64,000 bases of DNA from Phoronis australis (Eukaryota; Animalia; Phoronida), in NCBI GenBank assembly GCA_002633005.1, contig NMRA01000693.1, positions 136,473 to 200,472 on the forward strand, written 5' to 3'. Below, piece after piece: positions 28,001 through 36,894 of the stretch. Position numbers and translations under genes: made by a program. Numbering within the stretch: the first letter of the stretch is position 1; each line of letters begins with the position of its first letter. The notes beneath the pieces were generated by a model that was not told the origin of the DNA, did no database searches, and saw nothing but the letters and a program-made list of their open reading frames with translations.

Positions 28001-31000
28001 ACAAATCACTTCCCATAAAACTTAATATTAAATACCCAACATGATGTCATGATTTATAGTCATATTCCCAGACATTGTCACTAAAACTCCAGAAAAAATT
28101 CTCACCAGTCTTTTTAGCCTGCATACCTTCACTTTTCTATCTAACTACCACCTTAATTCATCAGTTCTTCAGTTCAATTGAATTATTGGATCTTGGTGGT
28201 GGGGTTAAAAATAAGTCATTTCCTATTAAGCTGTGTCTTACTCTCACGACTCTCCATTGAACATGGTCAGCTCATGAGACTGGTTGCAGTCAAGTAGGAA
28301 GCCACTTATTGGAATATCCTGCTTATTACCATAATTTATGTTCAAATCGCGGGTATGACATTAAGCGGGCTCGCCACTAATACAAAGCTACATGTCCATA
28401 AGAGCCAAGCCAGACTCACTTTGAGTTTCAAATATTCATCCGTTGTCTTCTCCATCTCTTTGACCGACTCTTTCAACTTCTTCTGAAGGTCATCGTTCCC
28501 TTCCTGGAGAGTCTTGTTGTCTTCAGTTAGGTTCTGCCAATGGAGACAGTGGTGACATTCAGAAAAACAAACTTGACAACTCGACAAAATTAAACTATGA
28601 AGGTCACGCATTGCAAAACCCAAAGATCCGGCAGAGTGTGATAAGTGTAGCTGTGTGTGATAAGTAAGGATGAGCTTCCATGGCTAGACTTCTTGCCATG
28701 CGTGACATGAGTTTTGTATAGCATGGTATGTGTTTTACTCTCATGCTGAGGGGTTTGACTGACTGTTTGGTTACATTTGCTCACGTGGTAAGAGTTTTGC
28801 TCCCACGGTAAGAGATTTACTCCAGACCTGTAGTAAGGCTTTTGCTTCCATGGTAAGGGTTTTACTGCAGCTGTAGTAAGGGTTATGCTTCCATGGTAAC
28901 GGTTTTTTCCCATGGCAAGAGTTTACTCCCATGAAAAAGATTTTGCTCATATGATAAGTTTTGTTTAATGTGATATGAGTTCTGCAGTCCAAGGTAACGG
29001 TTCAATTACCACACCTGCCATACAGTTCTGAAAATTCAGGATATTAGATTATTTCTTCTAACATCTTTCTCAGTCTCCCCAGATCTGTATTTCACACTAT
29101 ATTCTCTGTCCCATATCTCATCTGTATTACACTATGTCCCTGCTCATTATCTCACCAGCCTATGTGTTATCTCACCTACATTTCCACCAAGGCATCTATC
29201 AATTCCCTTGTTTTGCGTGGTGATCTTGTCTCTGTAGTCTACATCATTATCGTGTCTCTGCATGTGCTCGTTATCTCACCTACCTACTCGTTTTCTCACC
29301 TGTATTTCCTCTAACGCGTTCACCAAATCCCTGTTCTTCTTAGAGATCTTGTCCCTGTAGTCTACGTCATCTCCACGCCTCATCATCATATTTTCTTTCT
29401 GTGACTCCAGCTGGCGCTTGTAGTCAGCTATGTCGTCGTACAGTCGCTCGTTTAGTCGCTTCAAGTCCTGAAGCTCCTCCTCAGCCTTGTGCTGCTTTTG
29501 GGTCGCCTAGCAACATAAAAACTGGTAGGTAAGCAGTCACAGGTGTTGCAATTACGACAACATTCACCAAGCTTAAAATACTGAATGCAAAATTAATGAA
29601 AAATCACTTCAAAAGACTTGACAGAAAGAATAAACTCGACAGTTGTTAATTAAAAATGTGCGAGGATTCGTTTAAAATGCAGAATGATCCAGTGAACTAC
29701 CGTTGCTAATTTTATCACCAGTAGCAATTGGCATCAACTCAACATCAACCAACAACAAGAGCAACGCAGAGCGTTGAAATGCGCCCATGAATGCACCGCA
29801 AATGGTGTGCTTTTAGGGTTGTTTATTTGTATCATAAAAATGGCCACTAGATGGCGCAAAAACATCCAATCCATCCAAACGGGAACGTGCCATTGGTTCT
29901 TTGATAGAAAGCTATTTACCACATTTCCTAAAAATCTGTCAATGAACTTCGGAGAAACAACGGAAAACAGAACGAAATGAAATTGCCACTAGGGGGCACA
30001 GTGTTCGTTGGATCCAAATAAAAGTCGTCATCATCTGTTGTAAGCTTCATGAAAATACACTTACTAAATTTTATATAAATCCTACAATGGATTTAAGAGA
30101 TACAGCTATGGGCGCAAAACAAAACAAAACTACCACTAGGAGGCGCCACAGTAGTTGAAGTCGTCATCGTCAACCGTCCTCTTCACACTGAGAACATACG
30201 TTAATTTTCAGAGCCATCCATAGAATGGTTTGGTTGATTGAGGGGTGGACTCCAAAAAATTCGAAAACAGCAAAAATGGCCACTAGGTGGCACAAAATAC
30301 ATTGTGGATAGCATCACCTCACCAATAGATGCTTATATTAAAAATTTTATAGTAATTTTCATAGTAAGTACATGCCAATTTTCATAATCATCCTCAGTGT
30401 GGTCTGTGTGCATATGTACTCTTGAGAGTGTAAAATAAGATTCAGTCAATATAACTTAGTTTTTCCTTTTACAATGGCACTTTCTTATGCCAAAAGAAGC
30501 CTCGGTGTTCGGTTTTTAGCACAGCATCCTTACTGAAGCACATTGTCACACATAAACACATTAATCTATGCCTGTCTGTAATCAAAGAAGAACATGGAAA
30601 TACTTACCGAGTCTGTGTTGGCCATCTCAGTGTTGAGATCTCGCTCTAACTTCTTAATCTCTCGATGGCACATATCCAGGTTATTCTCTAAATCGCGTAT
30701 CTCCTCCCTCAACACCCGAGTGTTAGCCGTCGAGCCTGTGGCCATGTCACCACCATATCTCTTCAGGGGAAACAACCAGACATATTAAACACAAGCGATA
30801 AATCAGGATGCAAACACTGCCACATTGTACTAGGACTGTTCTCCCTCAGCCCACATGAATTTGAAATTGTGCTATGACTGGACATTAACAAGGCTGATAA
30901 TTGGTTTGGTAAAAGTTTCGTCCATTCAGAATACAACACGGCGGAACTGAGAAATTTCATTTAGTCGAATTTCTCAGCAAAAATATATGGAAGAAAATTT

Positions 31001-34000
31001 TAATTCATTATCAGCACAGTGCATACTGTACGACTGTGACCAACCACCACGAGTTTTTGAAAAATAAAATGATCATTTTAGTTTCTGGTCATTACTTTTG
31101 TTTGAATTTGAAGTAGCTCTACCGCATACATCATTCGACAAGGGAGATAATTGTATGTATGAGTCAAAACTCACCAATATACATTATGTATCTTCACAAG
31201 GGCAACAATTGCACGATTCCAAAAAGACACCACCTTACCTCTACAGAAAGTGATTCAAAAGGAAATGGTCTCACACAATGTTCTTTCCGCCCAAGCTGAC
31301 ATGGAAAACAGTGCCAACAACTGGATAATGCCTTGTCTTATTTATATAAAGAGTACTTCATCTTCTATAAATACAGTGTCTCACAAAACGTGGATCATTT
31401 TATAATTGCCTCAACGTTTTAGAGGCTGCAAAGACAATGTTGAGATAAGCGTGGGAGACCAAAGCAAATAATTTTATTGACATGCTACAAGGTGCAAAAT
31501 GATTTAGCGTAATGTACAGTACACGTAAAAAGTAATCAAACAAAATTTTGTTTCCACGTCACGACAGGTTAAACCAGCTACTCCATGATGACTTCTGTGG
31601 GAACTCCAGCGTCACCATGGGTGTTAAACTCAACTGTCGTGAAGACTGTCTAGATCTATAAATGCACAGGACACAAAACCGTGCCAAGTTTTTGGTACTA
31701 AAGTAGTATTGGCACACCCACTTCCTTCGTGGCTACAGTTTTTGGAAACCTGCAAGACATGAAAACCTTGATGGTTTACAGCTTGCTCTGTGTTAGATTG
31801 ACAGACAGGAAAAGCCAAGCACATGACTTTGATTAGCATACAAAGCATAATGAAAAGTGACATGTACTTCAATTAAGAATAGTATTGACCATGCACCAAC
31901 CACCGCCAAGCCATAACATATCTGCAAGCTTACAATCAACCGTGCATAATCATGACAGGTGTGTATCATTACACTTCACGTTTGTCTCTGAAATTCATGA
32001 AACAAAATATTTTTTCAATTGGTTGTCTTAAACAGCACTTTTATGACAACTGCTGGCCTTTTTAACCACTGTTCTTTCTTATAATATCCTTAAACTTCTT
32101 TTCAATGCAAAAACTATAATGGATATCGTTTAAAACTTGTTGATTTCTGACAGCTGAATTCCCAAATTAAATAGTCACAGCTGAAAATACAAACACCAAT
32201 TTGCAGCTAAAAGGCTAAACACAGAATTCACAAGTTTCATGACAAAAATCCAAGTCTTAGAAAATTACAATGATCTCCATGTCATAGAAAATACTCAATT
32301 GCAAGGATTATTTCTATTTCACTGCATTTCTGTGCTCATAAAGCAGTTGTCAAAAAAGATTTCGTCAAGTTAAAATTACTTTTTGATAATCAACGAAACT
32401 TGATCCTTAGTCACAAAGGTAGGTTATAACATGGTACCACTCGCAATCTTCAACTTTTTGTTTAATGGCCTATCACCAAGCTAAGTTAAATATTCAGTCA
32501 AAATCTTGCCAGGATTGAGACAAAAGCACCACCCACCCTTCCACATTTTACTTGTCAGAGGTAGGATTAACAAAGATGTGACAAAAATTGCACATGCTTT
32601 GGCAGGACAACACAAATATTAGACTGATCAGCACAATCATGTACTGCTGATTAGCTGTACCCATTTTACCTGCGCTTGATTATTCTGAAAAGATCACACA
32701 GTACAAAAAGAATGAAGCAAGCATCTCCATGGTATTGAATTGTCATATCGCCTTAGGTGTGAAAATATACAGCCTAATGCCTAAACAGCAGTGTTGACAC
32801 ATATCTCTGAGAAAAGTTGTGCAAGAGATTTTATTATAGAGACTCCTGCACTTGTCTAAGGTTAATAACATGGGCAAAACCTCTTGGAAATTTCATCAAA
32901 ATCCCAAGGCTTGCCAAGGCATTTTGACGAAATTTCTCACATGAACCGTAAAAACCATCGTTTTTGCTGAAAAAGCTCGACGTGACTTCCAACCACATGA
33001 CTCAACATTTGTAAAAACATGCTTGCACAATGCAAAGTAAACTAGGTTGATTTTTGTTCATAATTTTATTTTAAACTTCACAATTTATTGTAAATTGCAT
33101 TCAGCTTTTGTAACAAATGTTCAAGTTAGAATCTGATGAATAGTGTCTTTCAAGATGTGACATTAAAATTGAACAAATGTTTATCAACAACAGTCCGCAG
33201 GGCTTCTCCACGCGTTAGCACTGAAATGACATTGAATGAGCACAGCTAGACAGCCTCACCGTGTTTCTTGAGTTGGGATATGTCTCCGTCTGAATGCGGA
33301 TATGGAGTTTGCCGCTAAAGATGGGTCCGTTTAAGAAGTTGTTTGCATGTGATTCCAACTGGGAGTACGTATAGTTGCAACATTTGATTCGTCAATCATA
33401 ACCTTGCCACCTTCAAGGAATTCCAGCATTGTTTGGATGGCACGCGGTTGGTTGTTGATATTAGTGTTTTGCAGATGATAAAATGTAAGGCGTATGGATT
33501 TTCTACTTTGTGATTCGCCCATGTAAAGTCACAAAATTACATAATTGGTGTTATTAACCAGTCGCGTCGTAACACATTGCGGTCCATGTGAGAAACTAAG
33601 CTTTGTGTTCAAACGTTCGCAACAACATGACGTGCACAGGCACATTCCAGTTATGGTAAAAAATGTTCAAACTTAAGGCTTATATCACAGCAAATAAAGA
33701 TCAACATTTTTACAAATATTGCTTGGTTACAAATGTACACTGTAAAAAACAATGGAAAGGTAAAATTTTCTTAACAAGTATTTTTACTAAAAAAATGAAA
33801 TTCCAATTGTCCACCAAACACTGCTTAAATTAAAGAATTTTTATAACAGACTGCCCGGCATAACACTGTTCCCATCATGTGGAATGAAGTACAGAATGAA
33901 AAGCCACATAATGGCCTTCTACTAAAAAAGAGGTGTACATTTCATATAATAAGGTGAAAATTTACGATTACCATCAGAATTAAACAACATAACATATGAG

Positions 34001-35805
34001 GCATGACTGATACAGACATCAATAGCGCCACCCTACCTTTGCGTCCTTCAACTGCTGTTCAAGGTCGGCAATCTGCCTGGCAAGGTCCTGCTCTTTGCGC
34101 GCATCCTTCCTGGCGCCAGAAGTCACTTGCTTCTCCAGTTCTTCCTCAGCAATATCAGCCTGAGCCGCCTTGAAGTTCATGACAGCCTGGGTCAGGAGGA
34201 AGACTTTCTTCACACGTGCCATGTCACTCACATCGTCAACTTTGAGCTGAGATGAAAAAACAAATGACGTACCAGAAGACAACAATCAGAATGCCAAGAC
34301 ATCATTGGTGCCTGGACAAATATCAATCACAAAAATCCCAGCCAGCCGTGTTGCACTCAGCAACAGCTAGAAATTCACCACGCATGTGAACCCAAGGCTT
34401 CTCAGTCTTTGGAAACAGAAAATCACAGGTTTAATTGTTTTCAACTTTTGGGATGCTAAGTATGAGTATTTTCTACAACATTACAACAATGTCCTGATGA
34501 ACACAGTAGGAGGCATCACAGAAGTATTTTAAAAAACAATTTTTTCCCAACACTTCCCTATGAGAGGGAATTGAAACAACTGATTTAACTAAGGACAACA
34601 TTTTTAAATGAAAAATGCCAGTCTAAATTTATTGCCTCTAAAATAATAGACAAGGAAATATGTTCATATCTTTATTTCCATCGACGAAGGACCAATGACT
34701 GAAACAGAGGAAACTCCAAACTTCAAGCGCTTTACTAGCTATGAAGATGTCCTTCATGGAAGCAAACAGTTTTGCACAGGATTCAGCGACCACTTTTAAA
34801 CAAGACATCACTTTCAGGCTAAAGCAAATGCAGGGAACTTTTTGAGCATAGTATGATTTTCAAGCTTCAAGCCACGTAAAAAGAAAACAATATCATTTTC
34901 GAAATATAATATGCAACTGTCCAACTCGTTCAGCTGATGGTCCCCTCGCAAACTGAACCATGACAACATCACAGAATTAGAAGAAGAGTTTCAGTCATGT
35001 CAGCACTGATGAGGAGTATCCAATAGCATTATCACAGCAGGTGGTCATATTATAGTTGTCAAAAGATTTGCGGGCGTATAACAGCCTACATCACACCTCA
35101 TCAAATCATTCAGCCATGAGCAACAGCCAAATTTCTCCAAACACTACAGAAACCACAACTGATGAAGTCAACTTTGGAGTAGTTTGGACTTAGTAAAGGA
35201 CGAAGTAAAGGATGAATGTAAGGGAGCGATATGAATACCAGGACGTCATACAGACACCATAACAGGGGAGTCAATCTGGAATGTAGTGAAGTTTTACCAC
35301 TGCTGCATGGTCCTCGCCTCTCATAAGTCAGATCATAGCACGTTCCTGGCTCATGTCAGTAGTAAAATGAACTGTGAGAATTTTGCCTTGTGAATCAATG
35401 AGGCAAATGTCCTATTTTTAGTGCCTGGCGGCGTGAATGTGCTTAGTGGATTACCGTCGGTAACCAATGAAAATTAATTATCGGCATCACCTGACAGCGA
35501 CAAATCTCTCTCAGGCTCACTGTAACCGTGAGTACAACACTTACAGCTCACTACGAAGTAAGTTTGCAAGTCGGTGCAGTAACGTTAGGCACATTCACGA
35601 GGCACACAGCTCAGTCTACAGCTGTCCCTCAGTAGTGGTCCTTATACGATGATACGTATAGTGGGCTTCTTAAAAATTACTCTAAACCACAATTCAAAGA
35701 AAGCATGCCTACCTCAGCTAGCTGGTCGTACCAGCGGTTAACATCATCTTCCTCCAAGTCATCAGGATTGGACACCATGATGGTGTTCCAGTCTACTGGT
35801 GCCAT
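1007..35805 (-). CDS. CEP290: Centrosomal protein of 290 kDa (CEP290/NPHP6) orthologue, 5' portion: 31 coding exons, 1398 codons, 3'-partial at the window edge
   Basis: Spliced exons give a continuous coiled-coil ORF with CEP290-like segments (DWNTIMVSNPDDL, DDEIMVAVNKKVEEWK, YEAGEYGLPEAVAEIK, YDGLHLKAQLD, YKRKFAVVRHQQGLLY, LRVNEKALTRRY, EINERQRAEHA, LRRQYSGAIPLSKQEKF). All junctions are GT-AG and intron phases are consistent. Confidence 0.97.
1159..3341. mobile_element. Non-autonomous Helentron-associated (HINE / DINE-1 / pearl-type) element with an internal ~450 bp higher-order tandem array
   Basis: Starts aacaagag; subterminal atgcaccca matches a terminal 30-bp hairpin atgcgtccacatattaatatgtgggcgcat (3307-3336); short (cgga)n/(caga)n tract at ~3265-3295; A-run at the end; core repeats with period ~447-452 bp. 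Confidence 0.72.
3843..4065 (-). repeat. Two decayed tandem copies of the 3' end and donor of CEP290 exon 30
   Basis: tgtttcaactcatcca occurs at ~3867, ~4002 and in the exon at ~4131; the copies carry in-frame stops. Confidence 0.85.
4100..4294 (-). CDS. CEP290: CEP290 coding exon 30
   Basis: VSVERQEVE...TLKDGKGAQKVVEWHSKMEGLRLDELK...LQEQ, 195 nt. Confidence 0.94.
4595..4630. repeat. Short terminal fragment of the same HINE-like family
   Basis: caagagcaacacaaggtgttgaaatgggcccat resembles 1161-1193 and 29756-29789. Confidence 0.5.
5430..5700. repeat. C/A/T-rich degenerate minisatellite next to the exon 29 donor
   Basis: Recurrent cccactac/cacctac/ctacttc units. Confidence 0.7.
5708..6024 (-). 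CDS. CEP290: CEP290 coding exon 29
   Basis: KLHRHIVQLQVSE...LRRQYSGAIPLSKQEKF...ERDLKQ, 317 nt. Confidence 0.94.
6268..6400 (-). CDS. CEP290: CEP290 coding exon 28
   Basis: EIAEVGTMQAQ...SREKELASLRQQLVDFQAQSDEKKII, 133 nt. Confidence 0.93.
7695..7792 (-). CDS. CEP290: CEP290 coding exon 27
   Basis: CVTRAVSEADRKRLTELESTEAQLRLENSRLK, 98 nt. Confidence 0.92.
8660..8760 (+). mobile_element. Decayed non-LTR retrotransposon C-terminal zinc-knuckle fragment
   Basis: Translates as WPKCGMKDKTLTHLVEICPTYQRLR, resembling Cx2C..ETxxH....CPxY. Confidence 0.4.
9216..9276 (-). CDS. CEP290: CEP290 coding exon 26
   Basis: VTKMNLDAQKTERDLRDELS, 61 nt. Confidence 0.92.
9249..10415. repeat. Near-identical ~585 bp tandem duplication joined by a single N (9834); likely assembly artefact
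   Basis: 9249-9833 vs 9835-10415 differ by few SNPs/indels; includes a partial copy of exon 26. Confidence 0.9.
10921..11114 (-). CDS. CEP290: CEP290 coding exon 25
   Basis: ...SKKITSLEMKEINERQRAEHA...EERNLELEQKFVE, 194 nt. Confidence 0.93.
11433..11544 (-). CDS. CEP290: CEP290 coding exon 24
   Basis: IELKAVKANNEDLKKNLALEKEKVHTYEVAMENLGKQ, 112 nt. Confidence 0.88.
11870..12043 (-). CDS. CEP290: CEP290 coding exon 23
   Basis: DMASYKIASLQKALDNCVPASELEAANKQF...NVGLE, 174 nt. Confidence 0.93.
12526..12606 (-). CDS. CEP290: CEP290 coding exon 22
   Basis: ENNKLKNENIAMETAVAERLGYLQRFK, 81 nt. Confidence 0.92.
14319..14468 (-). CDS. CEP290: Second, apparently identical copy of CEP290 coding exon 21 (probably allelic/assembly duplicate)
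   Basis: Same 150-nt exon and splice sites inside the ~1.23 kb duplication joined by the single N at 14540. Confidence 0.5.
15546..15695 (-). CDS. CEP290: CEP290 coding exon 21
   Basis: RLVDSLAQ...LRVNEKALTRRY...ALRK, 150 nt. Confidence 0.92.
16890..16982 (-). CDS. CEP290: CEP290 coding exon 20
   Basis: SWEEERQK...DKLRLQEFD, 93 nt. Confidence 0.9.
17649..17774 (-). CDS. CEP290: CEP290 coding exon 19
   Basis: EVSLKEE...YKRKFAVVRHQQGLLYQDYMKEKK, 126 nt. Confidence 0.94.
18634..18783 (-). CDS. CEP290: CEP290 coding exon 18
   Basis: NEKLEADMQ...LPEGMAVSSADVIASLNEHLVLALQ, 150 nt. Confidence 0.92.
19617..19778 (-). CDS. CEP290: CEP290 coding exon 17
   Basis: AIESKAVSGHYDGLHLKAQLD...DRLQNK, 162 nt. 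Confidence 0.93.
20487..20545 (-). CDS. CEP290: CEP290 coding exon 16
   Basis: VDGGDAYSIQCPTLERMLA, 59 nt. Confidence 0.88.
20657..20814. mobile_element. Short inverted repeat with degenerate minimal hammerhead-ribozyme motifs (Penelope-type)
   Basis: ~70 bp arms; right arm acacCTGAAGAtgacc..., left arm reverse complement ...gatcGAAAtgTCgtgt. Confidence 0.55.
21000..21263. repeat. Minisatellite (~25-26 bp units, higher-order) abutting the exon 15 donor
   Basis: taccacataacaatgaccaggtaagc and variants. Confidence 0.9.
21264..21435 (-). CDS. CEP290: CEP290 coding exon 15
   Basis: NMQLDKDLEK...ENKNLEQGMKEILQALKEQGEQK, 172 nt. Confidence 0.92.
21817..21952 (-). CDS. CEP290: CEP290 coding exon 14
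   Basis: AVALGLTADDMLAIQDFTE...EDELKLR, 136 nt. Confidence 0.88.
22284..22357 (-). CDS. CEP290: CEP290 coding exon 13
   Basis: VERLEEERIELKKKIRLLAQQTGQ, 74 nt. Confidence 0.92.
23030..23230. repeat. Degenerate minisatellite abutting the exon 12 donor
   Basis: Recurrent (g)atgagtcac(a/c)c units. Confidence 0.65.
23236..23428 (-). CDS. CEP290: CEP290 coding exon 12
   Basis: QIVELTE...EENEELRERLGLDPK...RALNQVLQKE, 193 nt. Confidence 0.93.
23540..23765 (-). mobile_element. tRNA-derived SINE remnant
   Basis: Minus strand reads gtggccttgtgaggtaag (A-box-like) ... ggttcgagcac (B-box-like); no complete cloverleaf. Confidence 0.5.
24128..24270 (-). CDS. CEP290: CEP290 coding exon 11
   Basis: AEEDARDKDKQLNDALERMKKYEAGEYGLPEAVAEIKDCKQQINIRD, 143 nt. 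Confidence 0.93.
24897..25009 (-). CDS. CEP290: CEP290 coding exon 10
   Basis: GGVGGGPSQRQ...DADLRMTQ, 113 nt. Confidence 0.88.
25342..25459 (-). CDS. CEP290: CEP290 coding exon 9
   Basis: AVEQRNQQIEVLK...EDLRAELNK, 118 nt, ends phase 1. Confidence 0.9.
26273..26395 (-). CDS. CEP290: CEP290 coding exon 8
   Basis: AILGDKEDEL...MDTEKASVTALTQ, 123 nt. Confidence 0.9.
26756..26845 (-). CDS. CEP290: CEP290 coding exon 7
   Basis: IQDLTEQVASKTDADDEIMVAVNKKVEEWK, 90 nt. Confidence 0.92.
26870..27215. repeat. 37-bp minisatellite next to the exon 7 acceptor
   Basis: gagcacgagatgattgtacgtaaactgaatgtattac(g/a), about 8-9 copies, decaying outward. Confidence 0.92.
27611..27679 (-). CDS. CEP290: CEP290 coding exon 6
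   Basis: MVVQQSDAVLDNLTRENELLKSQ, 69 nt. Confidence 0.88.
28420..28533 (-). CDS. CEP290: CEP290 coding exon 5
   Basis: NLTEDNK...ESVKEMEKTTDEYLKLK, 114 nt, donor gtgagt. Confidence 0.92.
28660..29000. repeat. Degenerate ~21-bp minisatellite with ccatggtaa cores
   Basis: ttttgcttccatggtaagg, ttatgcttccatggtaacgg, ttttttcccatggcaaga and others. Confidence 0.75.
29050..29290 (-). repeat. Decayed copy of the exon 4 3' end plus repeated atctcacc donor-like units
   Basis: 29171-29264 aligns to 29295-29388 (gatcttgtc[t/c]ctgtagtctac[a/g]tcat). Confidence 0.8.
29300..29506 (-). CDS. CEP290: CEP290 coding exon 4
   Basis: ATQKQHKAEEELQDLKRLNERLYDDIADYKRQ...ALEEIQ, 207 nt. Confidence 0.9.
29754..30400. 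mobile_element. Truncated second copy of the HINE-like element
   Basis: Co-linear with ~1159-1740, including four CCACTAG-type motifs (29844, 29986, 30133, 30280). Confidence 0.8.
30608..30760 (-). CDS. CEP290: CEP290 coding exon 3
   Basis: RYGGDMATG...EMANTDS, 153 nt, aag|..|gtaagt. Confidence 0.88.
34037..34246 (-). CDS. CEP290: CEP290 coding exon 2
   Basis: LKVDDVSD...QQLKDAK, 210 nt, cag|..|gtaggg. Confidence 0.9.
35713..35805 (-). CDS. CEP290: CEP290 coding exon 1
   Basis: MAPVDWNTIMVSNPDDLEEDDVNRWYDQLAE; donor GAG|gtaggc; probable acceptor near 35827 implies an upstream non-coding exon. Confidence 0.9.
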
Positions 35806-35897
35806 CTCTGTGGATCACTGCACTACCTGGTGGACATTAACTGAAACTGAAATGGTACACAAATTCATTCTTAGGTTTAGGAGCAACATGGCCCGGA

Positions 35898-36433
35898 GGA
35901 GTTGGTATTATTCACCAAAGTCATCTTAATTCCCATGGATATGCTTTACTGAAGATATGTACAGATCCACAAATGATCACAGAAGAAAGCGCTTTTAAGT
36001 AATAACTTTAAGTATAAAATATGTGCTTGACGGAGTAAAAACCTCTTAGTCGGTAACCTTCAAATACACAGGACGAAACTAGTGTAGAGAGTGGCGGGAA
36101 ATATTGTAGCCTCTGGCCTAGCCAGCCAACCGAGGAGCCACGTGTTGCCTATTTTAACATAGGTAACACATAGCCCATCGGTTGGCTGGTAAGGGGTTAC
36201 AATACTTCCGAATCACTTCTGTATTAATTTTGTCCCGTATATTTTGAATGAGCGGCAGGCAAAATCCATTCACCGATTAACAGTTTTCACCTCGTTAAAA
36301 ATACATTCTACACTTAAAACTATCACTTAAAAAAGCACTTACTTTCTTCAGTGGTCCTTTCTACTTCTGCACATATCTTCGATGAAGCATAGCTGCCAGA
36401 ATTAAGGTGACTTTGGCGAAAAATTCCAACTCC
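35898..36433. repeat. Diverged ~250-bp-arm foldback (two head-to-head copies of an interspersed repeat end)
   Basis: 35898-36151 is the reverse complement of 36160-36433; centre gtgttgccta-ttttaaca-taggtaacac. Confidence 0.8.
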
Positions 36434-36771
36434 ACTTTTTGCCCGTGATAACCACAAAGTATTTCAACTGATTCAAGTGAGTTAGGCAAAGGTTAGCGCG
36501 AGACTGAGCCAATCGCGTGACACTGGCGCGTGACACTTGCAAAGTAGCATGGGGGCGCGTGACACTTGCAAAGTAGCATGGGAAGATATCAGGTGAAATT
36601 TGTAAGGTTTGTGTCCCTTCGACATTTTATTCGTCAACATGTGTGATTTCATGTAACTTCCACAAAATGGCATCCGGTAAGAGAAACTTGAGCAAACCAC
36701 GACAGATTTTCATGGATATATTCAAGTTATGCTGACTAAATTATATCCAGAGTCATGGTATGTGTTAATTA
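36160..36771. mobile_element. Interspersed non-coding repeat, homologous to 62453-62697 plus 63664-64000
   Basis: Co-linear similarity throughout; carries the empty TTAA site (36402-36405) that is occupied in the other copy. Confidence 0.85.
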
Positions 36772-36894
36772 TAACTCCGTGGGCTTATATGCATGTTTCA
36801 TTCCATTTTATTTGATATATTTTGAAATGAGTAATTTTTTATAAGGATGTAGTTGCCTAATTTTAACACCACACATGCTCTTATCTTTACCAAG

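Noticed and set aside
35000-35210. CTGATGA motifs as hammerhead cores
   Set aside because: No correctly placed GAAA after a closing stem.
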